DNA of 57,995 nucleotides. Origin: Octopus bimaculoides (lineage: Eukaryota). The position numbers and the translations under genes are program-made. A model generated the notes under the pieces. That model made no database searches, was not told the origin of the DNA, and saw only the letters and a list, made by a program, of their open reading frames with translations. Where the stretch lies: the NCBI RefSeq assembly GCF_001194135.2, contig NC_068986.1:27279411-27337405 (forward strand), in the 5' to 3' direction. Shown here one piece after another: positions 39,464 to 53,032 of this stretch; position 1 is the stretch's first letter; each line of letters starts with the position of its first letter.

Positions 39464-42340
39464 GGATCTTATATGGAATATTCAATATTTGAGGGGTAGG
39501 AGATAACACAAGACACCTAAATGCTGGATTAAAAATATGCAAAGTAATAGTTATAAAATAGTAATTGTTAATGAAGATGACAATGAAAATGCATTTTAAG
39601 TGTTTTGTACTATAGCTTTTTGTGTTACTGTAGTGCAACTAGCTATTATTTGAATTTTTCTTTACTCTACGATAACAGCACTTAAAGATCTTGAAGTTTC
39701 TAAATGTCTCTTATTGAAATGCAAATTGCTGTCATTGGTCTAATCAGTGTAATTTTAGATTGGAAAAGAAAATGTGATTTTATCCTTCTCTCTTTTAATA
39801 ACTAAATATTCTCATACTTAGCATATTTATTTAGTGTAGTAATTAAAATACAACTATGTTACTCTATACATTAGCATGGGAGAGGAGAATATTTCAGTTG
39901 GTCCATGGACTTGTATTTTGTTTATTTCTAAGTTGTGTTTTTTTTTTTTCTCTCTTTCAAAAAATGTAAAACCTATCTGATTATTATTATTTTCTGCTAA
40001 AATTAATTAGTTGTTTGGAATAGTTTCATGTATTGATTCCCCTTTAAATACAATATTTCAATATTGCCATTCAATTAATTTAGCTGTTAAAATTTTAACC
40101 AGCCTGACCTGCGATTGTGTTGTCATGGTGTTTGTGTATGAGGAAAAAAAAATCCAAAGAATATTAAAAATACTTTGCTGTCAATGACATACACTTTGCA
40201 ATGGAAAATGTGCTCTGCCATCTGTTTGAAAATAATAAATTGCACTAAAGAAGCCACAGGTGAACTTAATTTATCTATTGACAATTAGAAAACTTTTCAC
40301 CCTTTTTTTTTTTTTTTTTTTTTTACAATTTTTTTACAATTTTTTCCTCAAGGATGTTAATTTTGCTCATCATAGGTTGTTGAGGTCATTTAATTTCTTT
40401 CATTAGTCACATATATGAATTACACTGAGTTTGATATAAGCAAGATGCAGGATAACTGACCATAGCATTTATATGATTAAACTTAGCTACATCCATTGTT
40501 TTGTCTGGATGCATAAATCTTTTGATTGATGACAGGTCCCATTTCTGTGCTGCAGTTGAGGTGTTTAGCAATAATAGGAACACACCAAATAACTGCTGAG
40601 TGCATTTCTCCTACTTAGTATTTTAATAATTGAACCAATAAAAACAGCTCTGAGCATTTTAATTAAACACTTGTAATAGGTTTGTAATGGAGATTTTTTT
40701 AACATTTGTTTGTAGCCACTTAAAATATAGTTATTCTATAATGAGTTATTCTAAACTGAAATCGATGCTAAATTTGGAGCATTAGTTAGTCACTAACTCA
40801 TTAAAAATAAATTGGTATGAAAATAATGATTTTCATTTTACTACAGATTCTTTAGAAATCACTGAAGCCATTGACTATATTATATATGTTTCTTTAGAAT
40901 GAATTATTTTTAATTATTTTCATGTGGTTGGCTAGTGAGTTTTGAGTTTAGCTCAAGTATTATGTCTGTAATTAAAACAATGTTATGCTTATAGTTATTA
41001 TATGATGGCTTTACTGTAATGACAGACTCTTTATTTAGAAATGCTTATTCTGATCTATTGATACCCAAAAATGTGATAAAATTGTGATATATATGCTTAT
41101 ATAAGCATGCTGTCTTAAAGACAGCATATGTTGCATTGACATAAAGATTTGCATATAGTTTGTGACACTTTGGGCGAGTGTCTTTGACTGTAGTCCTGGG
41201 CTGACTAAAGCCTTTTGAGTGGATTTGGTAGACAGAGACTGGAAGAAGTGTGTGTGTGTTTTTGTCACCCACCCACCACTCAACAACTAGTGTTAGTTTG
41301 TTTATGTCCCTGTAACTTAATGGTTCAGCAAAGGAGACCAATCGATTAAAGTAGATGTTAAAAGAAAAAAAAAAGTCAATTTATTTGACTAAAACCCTTC
41401 AAAGTGGTGCCCCAGCATGGCCTCAGCCCAATGCCCGAAACAAGTGAAAAATAAAACATATCTTTTAAGGAAAATATATGATGGAGAAACAAAAACTTTT
41501 AGAATATTATAAACTGTTAAACAGCACTTATGGTCTGCTGTATAAAGTCTGGAATTTTATGTAGCATTATCTTTGGTCAGCAGGACACGTATTCTTTTTT
41601 TCCTTTCTATTTTGTTTATTTTCAATACATCTGATCTAGTTTTGTGTATGTGATCTATTATTCCTATTGATGGTTTTCTTCTTTTACTCATTGTTCCCTA
41701 GAATTCATCAATTCTGCAAATCTAATCTTTCTTTATCATAAGTATCACACTTGTGAGATTTATTCTCATTCAAGTTGCCAATCCTGTATATTCAGGTTAA
41801 TCTCTAAATTTCTGTTAATCTTCCTTTTACAGTTTTTCTAATCTTTTCTAGTGGAATATGAATTCTATTCTTTCACTAACTTATGGCTGTTGATTGTGAC
41901 AGATTTTCTACATTGTTAATGTTGTTTGGATAAACTTAGCCAAGTTTCCATTTTCTTTTTTGTGTGATTAAAAAAAAGCATTACCGTTTGATATTGAAAT
42001 TTTCTCCTTTTTATACAATTATCTACTGTTTTTTTTTTTTTATCTTAAAATTTTTTAATTTGATATTTGTATTTTCCTAAAGTGGGATTTTGATATTCTA
42101 CTGAAATGCACCATTTTGTGGAAAGGGGAAGATGATTCTAGATGATTCCACACTTGTTTCTCATTTTAACTGAGAATATTATCTCATATATTTCAATCAA
42201 AAATTGCTCTTGAAATCTTCCATCAAAAATTTTACTTAAGCTCTGAATGGCTTTAGAAGGCCAGTGGTTATCTTTTTATCTTCTACTTGTTTCAATCATT
42301 AAAATTCAACCATGTTGGAGCACCGTCTTGGAGAATTTTG

Positions 42341-42854
42341 AGGTTTCGTCCACTTTGAACTTTAAACTCAAACCAAACGATAACAAAGGAGATCTACTGC
42401 AAGCAGCTTGAGTGGCTTAAGCACTAGAAGAAAATCAACCATCTTTGGTTTCAAGATGAAAGATGTTCTTCTATCAGGATAATACTCAGCCACATACAGC
42501 GAGGATGACATTCCAAAGGCTGGAGCAGTTTGAATGGGAAATGATGCCCTACCCACCATATTCACTGGACATTGCCCCATCTGATTATCATTTATTCCGC
42601 AGTCTTCAAAATCATTTGGACAGAGAAAATATAAATTCTGTAGACAAGGTCAGAACAGTACTGGAGGAGTATTTTTTTTGTCATGGACAAATGAATTTTG
42701 GAAGAAGTGCCTTGCAAGTCTACCAGGTAGATGGAAGAGCATTGTAGAAAATGAAGGAGAGTATATTTTAGATTAAGAAAGAACTTTGTTTATCTTCATT
42801 TTGAAAAATAAAAGAAGTATAAAAAAACTGCATTATTTATGGGATGACCCAATA
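42341..42854 (+). mobile_element. Mariner (DD34D-type) transposase 3' fragment with right TIR, pseudogenised
   Basis: GFVHFEL/NSNQTITKEIYCKQL/ALEENQPSLVSR*KMFFYQDNTQPHTA...EWEMMPYPPYSLDIAPSDYHLFRSLQNHL matches the mariner motifs HDNARPH and HPPYSPDLAPSDY. Ends ttatgggatgacccaa-TA. Confidence 0.92.
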
Positions 42855-43607
42855 AATACTACAGCATANNNNNNNNNNTTGTTTATCTTCATTTTGAAAA
42901 ATAAAAGAAGTATAAAAAAACTGCATTATTTATGGGATGACCCAATAAATACTACAGCATATTTTGTAGGACACTTTACCATTTTTTTCTGTCCACTGTC
43001 TTCTGACTTGAATTTGAATTGATTGTAAAACCACCCACCTACAAAAATATGAAATGAAAAATAAAAATAATTTGGTTTTGTGTTTAAGGTATGATAATTA
43101 ATCATGACTTCTCACTTCATCAAAGGTTTTGCATTTCTTTTTTGGCAGGGTAGAGGCTGTTGGTGGGGAATGTAGTTGACCTCAGTAGTTCACTGGTACT
43201 TTAGTTTGTTGAGGCTTGAGGAGATGAAAGGGAAAGTCAGTCTAGGTGGAGGATAGGACCCAGAATGCGAAGAGATATGGCTAAATACTGCAGAAGCATT
43301 TCATTCAGCACCAGTTGTACCTAATAATAATAATAATGATAAAAATGTTTTCACTGCTGTCTATTGATATTTAAATTTTCTTTGAAGCTAGTTACCAAAA
43401 AGAGAGAAAAAGAAAATAATAATAATAATAATTAAAAACCTTAAACAAAACACATACATAAAAAAAAAACCCTATTTCTCTCTATGAAGTTTGATAACTA
43501 AAATGATTAGGTGATTTCAAGGAAAATAGAAAATTGTGTTTGAAATGTGTGTGTCTGTGTATGTATGTGTGTGTCTGTGTATGTATGTATGTGTGTGTGT
43601 GTGTGTA

Positions 43608-43642
<35 letters not shown>

Positions 43643-44151
43643 TGTGAAAGAGAGAGTTTGGGAAGTGAGATGTATGAGATGGTTGTAATACTTTATAAAA
43701 TGTATGTAAAATATTCCATCTACAATTATAAATGANNNNNNNNNNAATACAAAAAACATGCCAAAAGAAAAAAAAAAGAAAGAAAAGACATGACAGAAAA
43801 ACAGCACAAAAAATAAAAAGGATTTAAAAAAAAAAAGGAGGAAAATGTATCGTTCTTATTCTTATCAAATAGATGTTCTCCTCTCTGCATTGGCAGTGTC
43901 TTCTACTGCTTTTTTCTCTGCATCACATACATATTCTTAGCACATTTTGTTAAGTCGGAGAGTGGAGTGATGGTGGTGTTGGCTGTGGTGGCAGAGATAG
44001 TGCATAATGTTCCTTGTAGTGCCAGCTGTAAATAGTCAACATTCATTGTGATGGCTGCTACTGTGTATATGACAAGTATTGTGATGATTGTGATGGTGGC
44101 AGTGGTGGCTTCTTCCCTATTATCTTGAAAATAATAATAATAATAATAATA

Positions 44152-44183
<32 letters not shown>

Positions 44184-44299
44184 GAAGATGATTATTTTTT
44201 TTTTCATTAATCTCTCACTACTTATATAGTGAAAGATTAGGGATAAAAATTATTCCGGGGTTAGAGGGAATAAATCAGTGCCACTATACACATACTGTG

Positions 44300-44339
<40 letters not shown>

Positions 44340-45354
44340 TGCGCGCACGCCTGTATAGCTTTTCCTCCATATTGTCTTCAAAAAGAAAACAAAGAACAAC
44401 TTTAAACACACACACACACACACACACACACANNNNNNNNNNNNNNNNNNNNNNNNNNNNNNNNNNNNNNNNNNNNNNNNNNNNNNNNNNNNNNNNNNNN
44501 NNNNNNNNNNNNNNNNNNNNNNNNNNNNNNNNNNNNNNNNNNNNNNNNNNNNNNNNNNNNNNNNNNNNNNNNNNNNNNNNNNNNNNNNNNNNNNNNNNNN
44601 NNNNNNNNNNNNNNNNNNNNNNNNNNNNNNNNNNNNNNNNNNNNNNNNNNNNNNNNNNNNNNNNNNNNNNNNNNNNNNNNNNNNNNNNNNNNNNNNNNNN
44701 NNNNNNNNNNNNNNNNNNNNNNNNNNNNNNNNNNNNNNNNNNNNNNNNNNNNNNNNNNNNNNNNNNNNNNNNNNNNNNNNNNNNNNNNNNNNNNNNNNNN
44801 NNNNNNNNNTGAAAAGTATTCTGATCATGTCAATGATGATGATGACGATGGCGGTGATGTTAAAAGCTAAAATATTAAAATCTTTGATATCAAACTGTTT
44901 TATTGATTCATCTGGGTCAAAAATAAGATAGAGAATAATAATACTGTAGATAGCATTTAATCTCTGAAGAATGGCTTACCTTTTGTCTCTCTATAACTTC
45001 ATTGGTTTGAATGGAGTATTTGATATTTTGAGGTGGTGAGTTAAGGAACTGACATTACTGCTGAAGATATTCTTGCTTGCTTGTTATGTATGAGTTAGGA
45101 AGACATTTTCGACTTGATTTTTTTTTCTTCTTTTTTCTTCTTTTAATTTGATTTCATTAATCTTTCGTTAAATTCAGCTTAAATAAAATATGCAATTAAG
45201 CCATACAAGAATGAAAAATGAATAAATCACAATTAGATATTCATTTTTTTTTTCTTTTTTCGTTTTTTATTGTTGTTGTTATTTCTGCCATTTGAATATC
45301 TTCTTTTTTCTTTGTGCCATCAAATTTGTTCTTTTCTCTTCTCTCCCCACTTAC

Positions 45355-45373
45355 CTACCCCCAATCCATCCAT
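45355..45373 (-). CDS. Candidate alternative initiator exon MDGLGV (phase 1)
   Basis: Perfect donor TAG|GTAAGT with an in-frame ATG 19 nt upstream, but next to low-complexity sequence. Confidence 0.15.
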
Positions 45374-46323
45374 TTGAATGAAATGTTGATGCAGGTGTTA
45401 TTTTTTATTTAAATTCTTGTTGCTCATCTTCAAGCAAAGTAAGGCATGGAGGTTGTGCATCAAATATTAGAAACACACCTTAAAATCCTCAGTCCTGTGT
45501 GTGTGTGTGTTCTCTTACACTTTTGCTTGGTTCAGTCATTAGAACTATGGCAATATTGGGGCACCACCATGAAGGACATTAGCCAGTCGCATTTATTTTT
45601 TAAAGTCTGGTACTTGTTGACCTCTATTTGTTGGTCCATTGGGTTGTATATGATTAAGAGGACACATACAAGAAGTTTTACATGCACGCATACACTAATT
45701 TCACTCACAGGGCATTGGTCAATGTGGTCCTGTAATAATAGATGTGTGCTGAAGAACCTATGCAATGAGGCTGAATTCAAAACCACAGAGCTATGATTTG
45801 AGGTTTCTTAATCACACAACCTTACTTTCATCTAGCATCATTTACTCTGCTGAATTACAACATTTGTAGTGCACAGAAGGCTGCATACTTGGTTCTGTAT
45901 AGAGTGAAGTGTAAATCTTGGCTTGTTGTGTATTCAGTTTGCTGTCTAACTTTATTTACCTAATTAAATTATGGATTCAGTTTGGTTTCTTTGGATTTGT
46001 AGTAGAAAAAAGGTCAGTTGTTCTTCTTTGGGCAGCCATTCAATGTTTTTTTTCTTTATGTTGTATCCTTAATGAGGATATAGTGATATACTTTGCACGA
46101 AGGTAGAATGAGGTGCCAATGATAGTCTGAAGATCAGCAATGCTTGGCTACTAATAAATTCTAAACACTCAATTTCCAGGTTAATTTTCATGTTGATTTT
46201 TTTTTTCTAGATTGTTATTGTTATTGTTCTGCTCCTGGCCTGCTCTAATTAAAGATGAATGATTGTATAATTAAAGGCATTCTAGCCATGACCATCTTGT
46301 CTATTCTTGTATAGTTTATCTTA

Positions 46324-46354
<31 letters not shown>

Positions 46355-46364
46355 NNNNNNNNNN

Positions 46365-46405
<41 letters not shown>

Positions 46406-46984
46406 TGTCCAACACATGCAAGCATGGACCATGAACATTAAATGATAATGAAATATATATAATTTGGGGTTTAAATATGTATGTCTTCAATATTTTTAAT
46501 GGATTTAGAAATGCTTAATGTGTTCAAGCATTAACTGTTTTCATGTTCATTCTGTTTTGTTTTCAAGAAGTTTTGAAATACCAATCTTGAGTATAGGTTT
46601 AGATTGTTCTTGAAGTCTTATATAACCAATAGATTATCCAACCACTTTTTTTTTCAAAGCCATATAAGATTTAAAATAATGCAGTCTCTAAATGTCATAC
46701 TTTTTACATAGTTTAATTCCATTAAGTCTTTCATATAAAGTGTACAATTATTTCTGTAGGCTTGTTTTGATGTCCTCTTATCTGAATAATTCTTAAGAGA
46801 TTATCTTGCATTATGGTTCACTTTTGCATTTCCTGACACTCATTTAAACAGTGGTAGTTACTGATTTTCTTGGGTACTGTCCAAAATAGTAATTTCTTAA
46901 GGAAGCCCCCATCATGAAACTTGCTACACTGTAACCAGTGAAATTCTATTCACATTTAATTTCTTCAATATATCAAGACCCAGT

Positions 46985-47368
46985 GTGGAGGCGCAATGGC
47001 CCAGTGGTTAGGGCAGCGGACTCGCAGTCATAGGATCGCGGTTTCGATTCCCAGACCGGGCATTGTGAGTGTTTATTGAGCGAAAACACCTAAAAGCTCT
47101 ACGAGGCTCCGGCAGGGGTGGCGACCGCTGCTGTACTCTTCCACCACAACTTTCTCTCACTCTTACTTCCTCTTTCTGTTGTGCCTGTAATTCAAAGGGT
47201 CAGCCTTGTCACACTGTGTCACACTGAATATCCCCGAGAACTACGTTAAGGGTACACGTGTCTGTGGAGTGCTCAGCCACTTGCACGTTAATTTCACGAG
47301 CAGGCTGTTCCGTTGATCGGATCAACTGGAACCATCGACGTCGTAAGCGACGGAGTGCCAACAACAAA
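46985..47368 (+). mobile_element. Young full-length tRNA-derived SINE with 13-bp TSD
   Basis: tRNA-like head ggcgcaatggcccagtggttagggcagcggactcgcagtcataggatcgcggtttcgattccc (A and B boxes); CpGs intact; (ACA)n tail; TSD atcaagacccagt at 46972-46984 and 47369-47381. Confidence 0.93.
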
Positions 47369-49871
47369 ATCAAGACCCAGTATTAATTCTCTAGCTGTGT
47401 ACTCATGATACAATAAAATCACTTTCTGCATGATGCAAATATTTGAGTTTGGTAGACTAATCAGTAGTTACTAAGTAGCTCATTCACACGACCATTTTAC
47501 CTTCATAGATGAGGTGACAGATATCAGTTCATTACATGACTTACATATTCCATTTGAGTTAAATTTTTAATCAGGACAGACCTACCAGTTCACTATCATT
47601 ACAGTTTACTCCACACTCCGTTTATTAATTACAACCACCATACAGATTTTTAATTTGTTCACTAATTTCCATCTTCACCTCTGACCATTTCACAACTGTT
47701 GCTTGTTTCAAGACTTTATTACTATTTCACCTGCAACTCTTCTTCCTCCACTACAGGTCTTCACCAACTTCATTAATTCATGCTGTCGATTTCAAGAGAG
47801 TTAAATCTATTTCTGGGGAAAACAAACTATTGTAAATCCAATGAAGTTACTTAAAATAATCCACTCTGAACCAGTTAGCAATGGTGGCATTTCACCCGGT
47901 TCTCTCTTGTGGCAAATTGACCAAGGTCCAGATGACTGTTGTTGGAAATTGATCAGAGTCAGTTACTTGCTGTGGTGGTTTTTCCCCCCAAGCTGTGACA
48001 AATCCAATATAGCCATTTTTATCAGTGGAGTCCATTTCATTTGGTCAGTATGGAAAAAAGTCTTCCTTTGAACATTTCTCCTGAAATAATGCAGTCCTAG
48101 ATACTCTATTTCTGGGAAAAGAGAAGAAAAGGGGAAGAAAACAAAAAAAGGAAGATAGGATGGTCACAAGCCTTTGATCACATGTCTGCTTGATCAAGGC
48201 TGACCTGGATCTAAACAACAAACCCCTACTTATGCTTACACTGCACCCCCTATTCTCTGCTTTCCTGGTTATGTTTTTTTTATCCAACTCACACACTCTC
48301 ACTCATGCATGTGTGCATGCATACATACATACATATATGCACACAAAAGATCGACTTCTATACACCTTTCCACCTGCTAGAAATATATAACTGTCTCTTG
48401 TTACTTGGAATTGAAACTCCTTTGAGATTTATGTATTGGATTGTAAGTCTCTTTTATGGCTGGGAATCCATGGTGAATGGAAGTGGCGGCTGCAGTGGTG
48501 CTGATGGTAGTGGTGGTGGTGGCAGCAGCGGTGTGTGTGTGTGTGTGTGTGTGTTCGGAATAATATAAATAAAAAATAAGCAAACTGTTGATTCCTGCTT
48601 GTCTTATTGTCAGCTGGCCAATGAAATATGGATAATTGCATTGCTGTGGGTTGTGGCATGGTCAACTGAATTACCTACCCTCTTTCCCACCATCCACAAC
48701 TCTAACTCCCTATTCATCTTCGCCCACACTCACGCCCACAAAATCCACCCCACCTGCAGCAATCTGGATACTATTATTTATTCATATCCAATACAGCCCC
48801 CTCTCATACCCTGTCCTCTTTGATATAATGCTTCTGTTCCTCTCACACTTCATCGCTCTCTCTCTCTATCTCTCTCTCTCTCTCTCTCTCTTTCCATTTG
48901 TTTGTCCAACTCAATAAGTATTCCCTCTTAAATTTTCTTTCTCTGCTTTTTAACTGTGCTGCTACCCCCACTCCGCATCCATTTCTCCCTCACCTTATTT
49001 TTGCTATTTTTTTCCCTTCATCCTGTCCTATTATTTTCTTTATTCATTCTAATTTTCTTTCTCTGTACATCCTCACCATATATATTTATCTATTGGCCTG
49101 TCTGTTTGACTGGCTATTGCTATTTCTACTTGTCTGTCTATTGACTGACTTTTATTTCTCTGTCTCCAGTTTTCTACATGTCTGTTTGTCTACTTACCTG
49201 TCTGTCTACCTACCTACCTGTCTGTCTACTTGTCTGTCTGTCTCTTTACTTGTTTGTCTGTCTACTTGTCTATCTGTCTCTCTACTTGTCTGTCTGTCTG
49301 CTTGTCTATTTGTCTTTCTGTTTCTACACTTTCTTAGTTTCTACACTGCTGAGTATCTGATTTTTTTTTTTAACCATCTGCCTGACTATCTGTCTACCTG
49401 TCTGACTGACTTCCTATTTATCAGCCTGTCACTATGTCTCAGCCTCTTTCCTTTACTCTGTCTCTCTCCCTCTCCTCCTTCTCTCCCTCTCCTCCTTCTC
49501 TCCCTCCCTCTGTGTCTTTCATTTCTTATTTTTACAGATATCACAAAAAAACTGACATGTCCTCTCTTCAGAACATTACCACCACCGGCTCTCCACCCCA
49601 ACCCCCGTGTTGTCTTTGAAGAATATTCCACCCATCATTCTTTAAAATGTTGTTACATCACCATTTTTTTATATAATTCATTGACAGACCGCACTCCTCC
49701 TGTCCCTTCCCCCAAACCTAAACTTACATGTACCTTTCTTTCTGAACTCTGACATTTGTTCTACACTGTTGGAGCTGCTTCTTCTCATAAGACATGTCAT
49801 AAATGGTCTCATACAGATCACTTCTTATATCATACACATACATATATACATGCACACAAAGTGTACATACA

Positions 49872-49906
<35 letters not shown>

Positions 49907-50571
49907 CTGTGTAAATATATTTGTATTATCAATATTATTACTGTTATTACTATTATATATATACTAGCCTTATATTTGTTGTTTTTATTCTTATGTACCC
50001 CACCACAACCTCCATCCCTCACCATCATTATCATCATCATCATCATCGTCATCATCATCATAGTATTGTTGTTGTAGTTGGTGTAGAACATCAAATGCTA
50101 GCTTGTTACGCAAATGCTGATAGCGGTGGCGATGGTGATGGATATTGGCAGTAGTCTATGTTAATGCATCTATCTATAAGAATGTGCGAGTGAGCGTGCA
50201 TGCATGTGTATGGTTAGTGGGTGTGGAGGAGGCGGTGGTGGTGGTGGTGGTGAAGTTGTCGGTCATATTGCATATCTATTTTATAGCAGCTCGAGTCTCT
50301 TTGAAGTGTGCCGGTCAAAGCAAATGTTAGATCTAACAGTTGCCTGATCCTGATGTAGACTGTTGTTAGTCGTGCTCTGCTTTCAGTTCAGTGCTATGAT
50401 GTAGCAGCATCTCTGATGCATCATCATACTTTCACATCCACCAACAACACCCTCCACTCTCTTTCCAACACACACACACACACACACACACACTCACCTC
50501 CACCTCCACTGTGCAATGGTGATTATGTGATGCTTACTTGAAAACACTTATCTCCTAGAGTCCATATATAT

Positions 50572-50662
50572 ANNNNNNNNNNNNNNNNNNNNNNNNNNNN
50601 NNNNNNNNNNNNNNNNNNNNNNNNNNNNNNNNNNNNNNNNTATATATATATATATATATATT

Positions 50663-50722
<60 letters not shown>

Positions 50723-51112
50723 TATATATAAATACACATGCACACACAGATATATGTGTGCATATATATGTATGTCTGTGTATAGCGCGTGTGTGGATGT
50801 TTTTCTGTGCATGTGTGTATTTATGTATTCTTTGTGTATATACGTGTGTGTGTCTGTGTGTATTTTTGTGTGTGCATGTGTGTTTATATATACTTTGCGT
50901 ATATATGTATGTACATATGTGTGTGTATGTGTATTTTTGTGTGCATGTGTGTTTGTCCATATACTTTCTGTATGCTTGTACTATGTGTGTTTTTACACAC
51001 ACACACACACACATGTAATATGTACATACACACACACACATAATATGTACACACACACATGTATACTATAACTACATGTGTGTATGTATGTATGCATGTA
51101 TGTATGTGTGCA

Positions 51113-51150
<38 letters not shown>

Positions 51151-51320
51151 GAGAAAGAGAGAAGAGGAGATAGATAGATTTTGTGTTTGAATTGTGCATA
51201 TACATATATTTGTTTGTGTGTGCGTGCTGTGCATATACATATATTTGTTTGTGTGTGCGTGCTGTGCATGTGTACATGCATGCATACATACATGTTTGTG
51301 TGTAAGTATAAAAATATAAT
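50572..51320. repeat. Compound (TA)/(CA)/(TG) microsatellite field, including a 35-bp tandem duplication at 51193-51262
   Basis: Directly visible; source of the many C/V/Y/H/T-rich ORFs. Confidence 0.9.
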
Positions 51321-51782
51321 AATGTGCATTTACACAGCCTGAATGGAATACTAGTTGGGCTATAACAATGTTGATTATACACTCATCTACACATACTGTT
51401 TTAAATCAGTTACACCTGATTAAACTTATAGAGATGGGCTCTGGTTTTTTTTTTTTAAATAATTTTTTTTTATAATATTTTATGTTTTTTATTATTTTTT
51501 TCCCCAAGAATTCAATTTGGGTAAATTTTCTGTCTGTGCTGCAGTCACTTTCTGTGCATGATGTATGTGTCTGCATAAGCGCACGTATGTGTGTGTGTGT
51601 ATACATATATATACGTACGCAGCTCCAATCTGCCTCATTTGGTCTCTGGTGACCATTTGCTGTTCTCTGTATTTATGTTATCTATTTACACTTTCTAGCC
51701 TCTTGTTGGCATTAGTTCCATATATTTCATTGGTCTTTTTCTTCAGTCTTGTAAAGTGACCACCACCACCACCACCACCACC

Positions 51783-51855
<73 letters not shown>

Positions 51856-52812
51856 ATAATAATAATAATAATAATATTAATGATGATAATACATATAGAG
51901 AGAGCGTAGAGCAGTGATACTGGTGCAGAAGATAAATTTCCTTTAGTTGCGATGCTCCCAGAAGGCTACTTCATCGATGTAGTAAAGGGAGAAAAGAAGT
52001 AAGAAAAAAATAAAAACTGCTGCGAATATCTGGATAGGAGGTGATTGCACAGTGTCAGAACTATAATAAATCACTTTGTATTGGTTGTAAATTGTTGGCG
52101 GTGGTGGTGGTGGTGGTGGTGGTCATAGTACTTGCTGTATGGCTGGTTGCATGTGTGAAAGTTAGCACTAGTGCATACACTTGGCTCTTCTTGATTGTCT
52201 GCAATGAACTTGCAGGTGTATCCAATTCCAGATACACTTTGTTTAATAGTATTCAGGAAAGCTATGACAAGGTGGTTGTGGTGATGCTAGTGATGATGAT
52301 GATGTTGATGAATATGTTGGTTGAAGATGAGGCCTTTCGTAGATAGCTCCATAGTCAGAAGAGATATTAAGAACTAAGATATTATACTGGATAGTGGCAA
52401 TGAGGACAAATTGAAGATGACAGTGATGATGATGATGATGATGATGATGATAAAGATCATGGCAAACTTGTTAACAAAAAAGTGGGGCTGTTGTGTCAGA
52501 GTTTGGCTCGCAACTATATTTGTAATAATTGTGGAAAGAGAATTTAAGGAATCAAAATTATCAGGTTCTAATTAAGATTAATATGGGTAAACTGGAAAAT
52601 CGTCATTTCAGTTTTTTAATTTTGTTTTATTTTATGTTTTATTTATTTTCATGGAAATCATTGAAGTGGTTTTGAAGAGAGAGAAAGTGAAGTTTTAAAT
52701 ATCTGCCATTCTGTTCTGGTGGAGTTAAAACCTATGCTGTAGAATAGAAGGAACTTGGTTGAATGTTTATGAAACTGACCCCCTAATAATCCAGCTTGCT
52801 AGAAATGCAGTC

Positions 52813-53032
52813 TTAACCCTTTCATTACTGTATTTATTTTGGGATGCTCTGTGTTTCTTTCAATTACTTTAAAGAAATTAGTAAAATAGCGCAGTTATCA
52901 TTAAGCTAGTGTTGAGAACATAAATTGTAACTAAGGTTTGGTGGAAGATTTTAATTAAAACTTTATGAAAACAAGACATTTGTACAACAAAGTCAGAGGC
53001 GATTTCAGCCGGGTTGGTATCGAAAGGATTAA
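52813..53032. mobile_element. TTAA-flanked piggyBac-like MITE
   Basis: TTAAcccttt ... gaaaggaTTAA; similar to the 39229-39463 family. Confidence 0.75.

Noticed and set aside
42787-42961. 82-bp direct duplication of the mariner right end
   Set aside because: Identical copies either side of a 10-N gap: an unmerged contig overlap, not a biological duplication.
46985-47060. Apparent tRNA gene
   Set aside because: No proper acceptor stem; it continues into a SINE body and tail and is bounded by TSDs.
48012-48030. gccatttttatcagt resembles my recollection of a molluscan miRNA
   Set aside because: No complementary arm on either side, so no hairpin; the recollection is unverified.
48898-49537. 5' part of the 284-aa hydrophobic ORF
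   Set aside because: Pyrimidine-rich and (TGTC)n low-complexity DNA; F/L/S-rich by composition.
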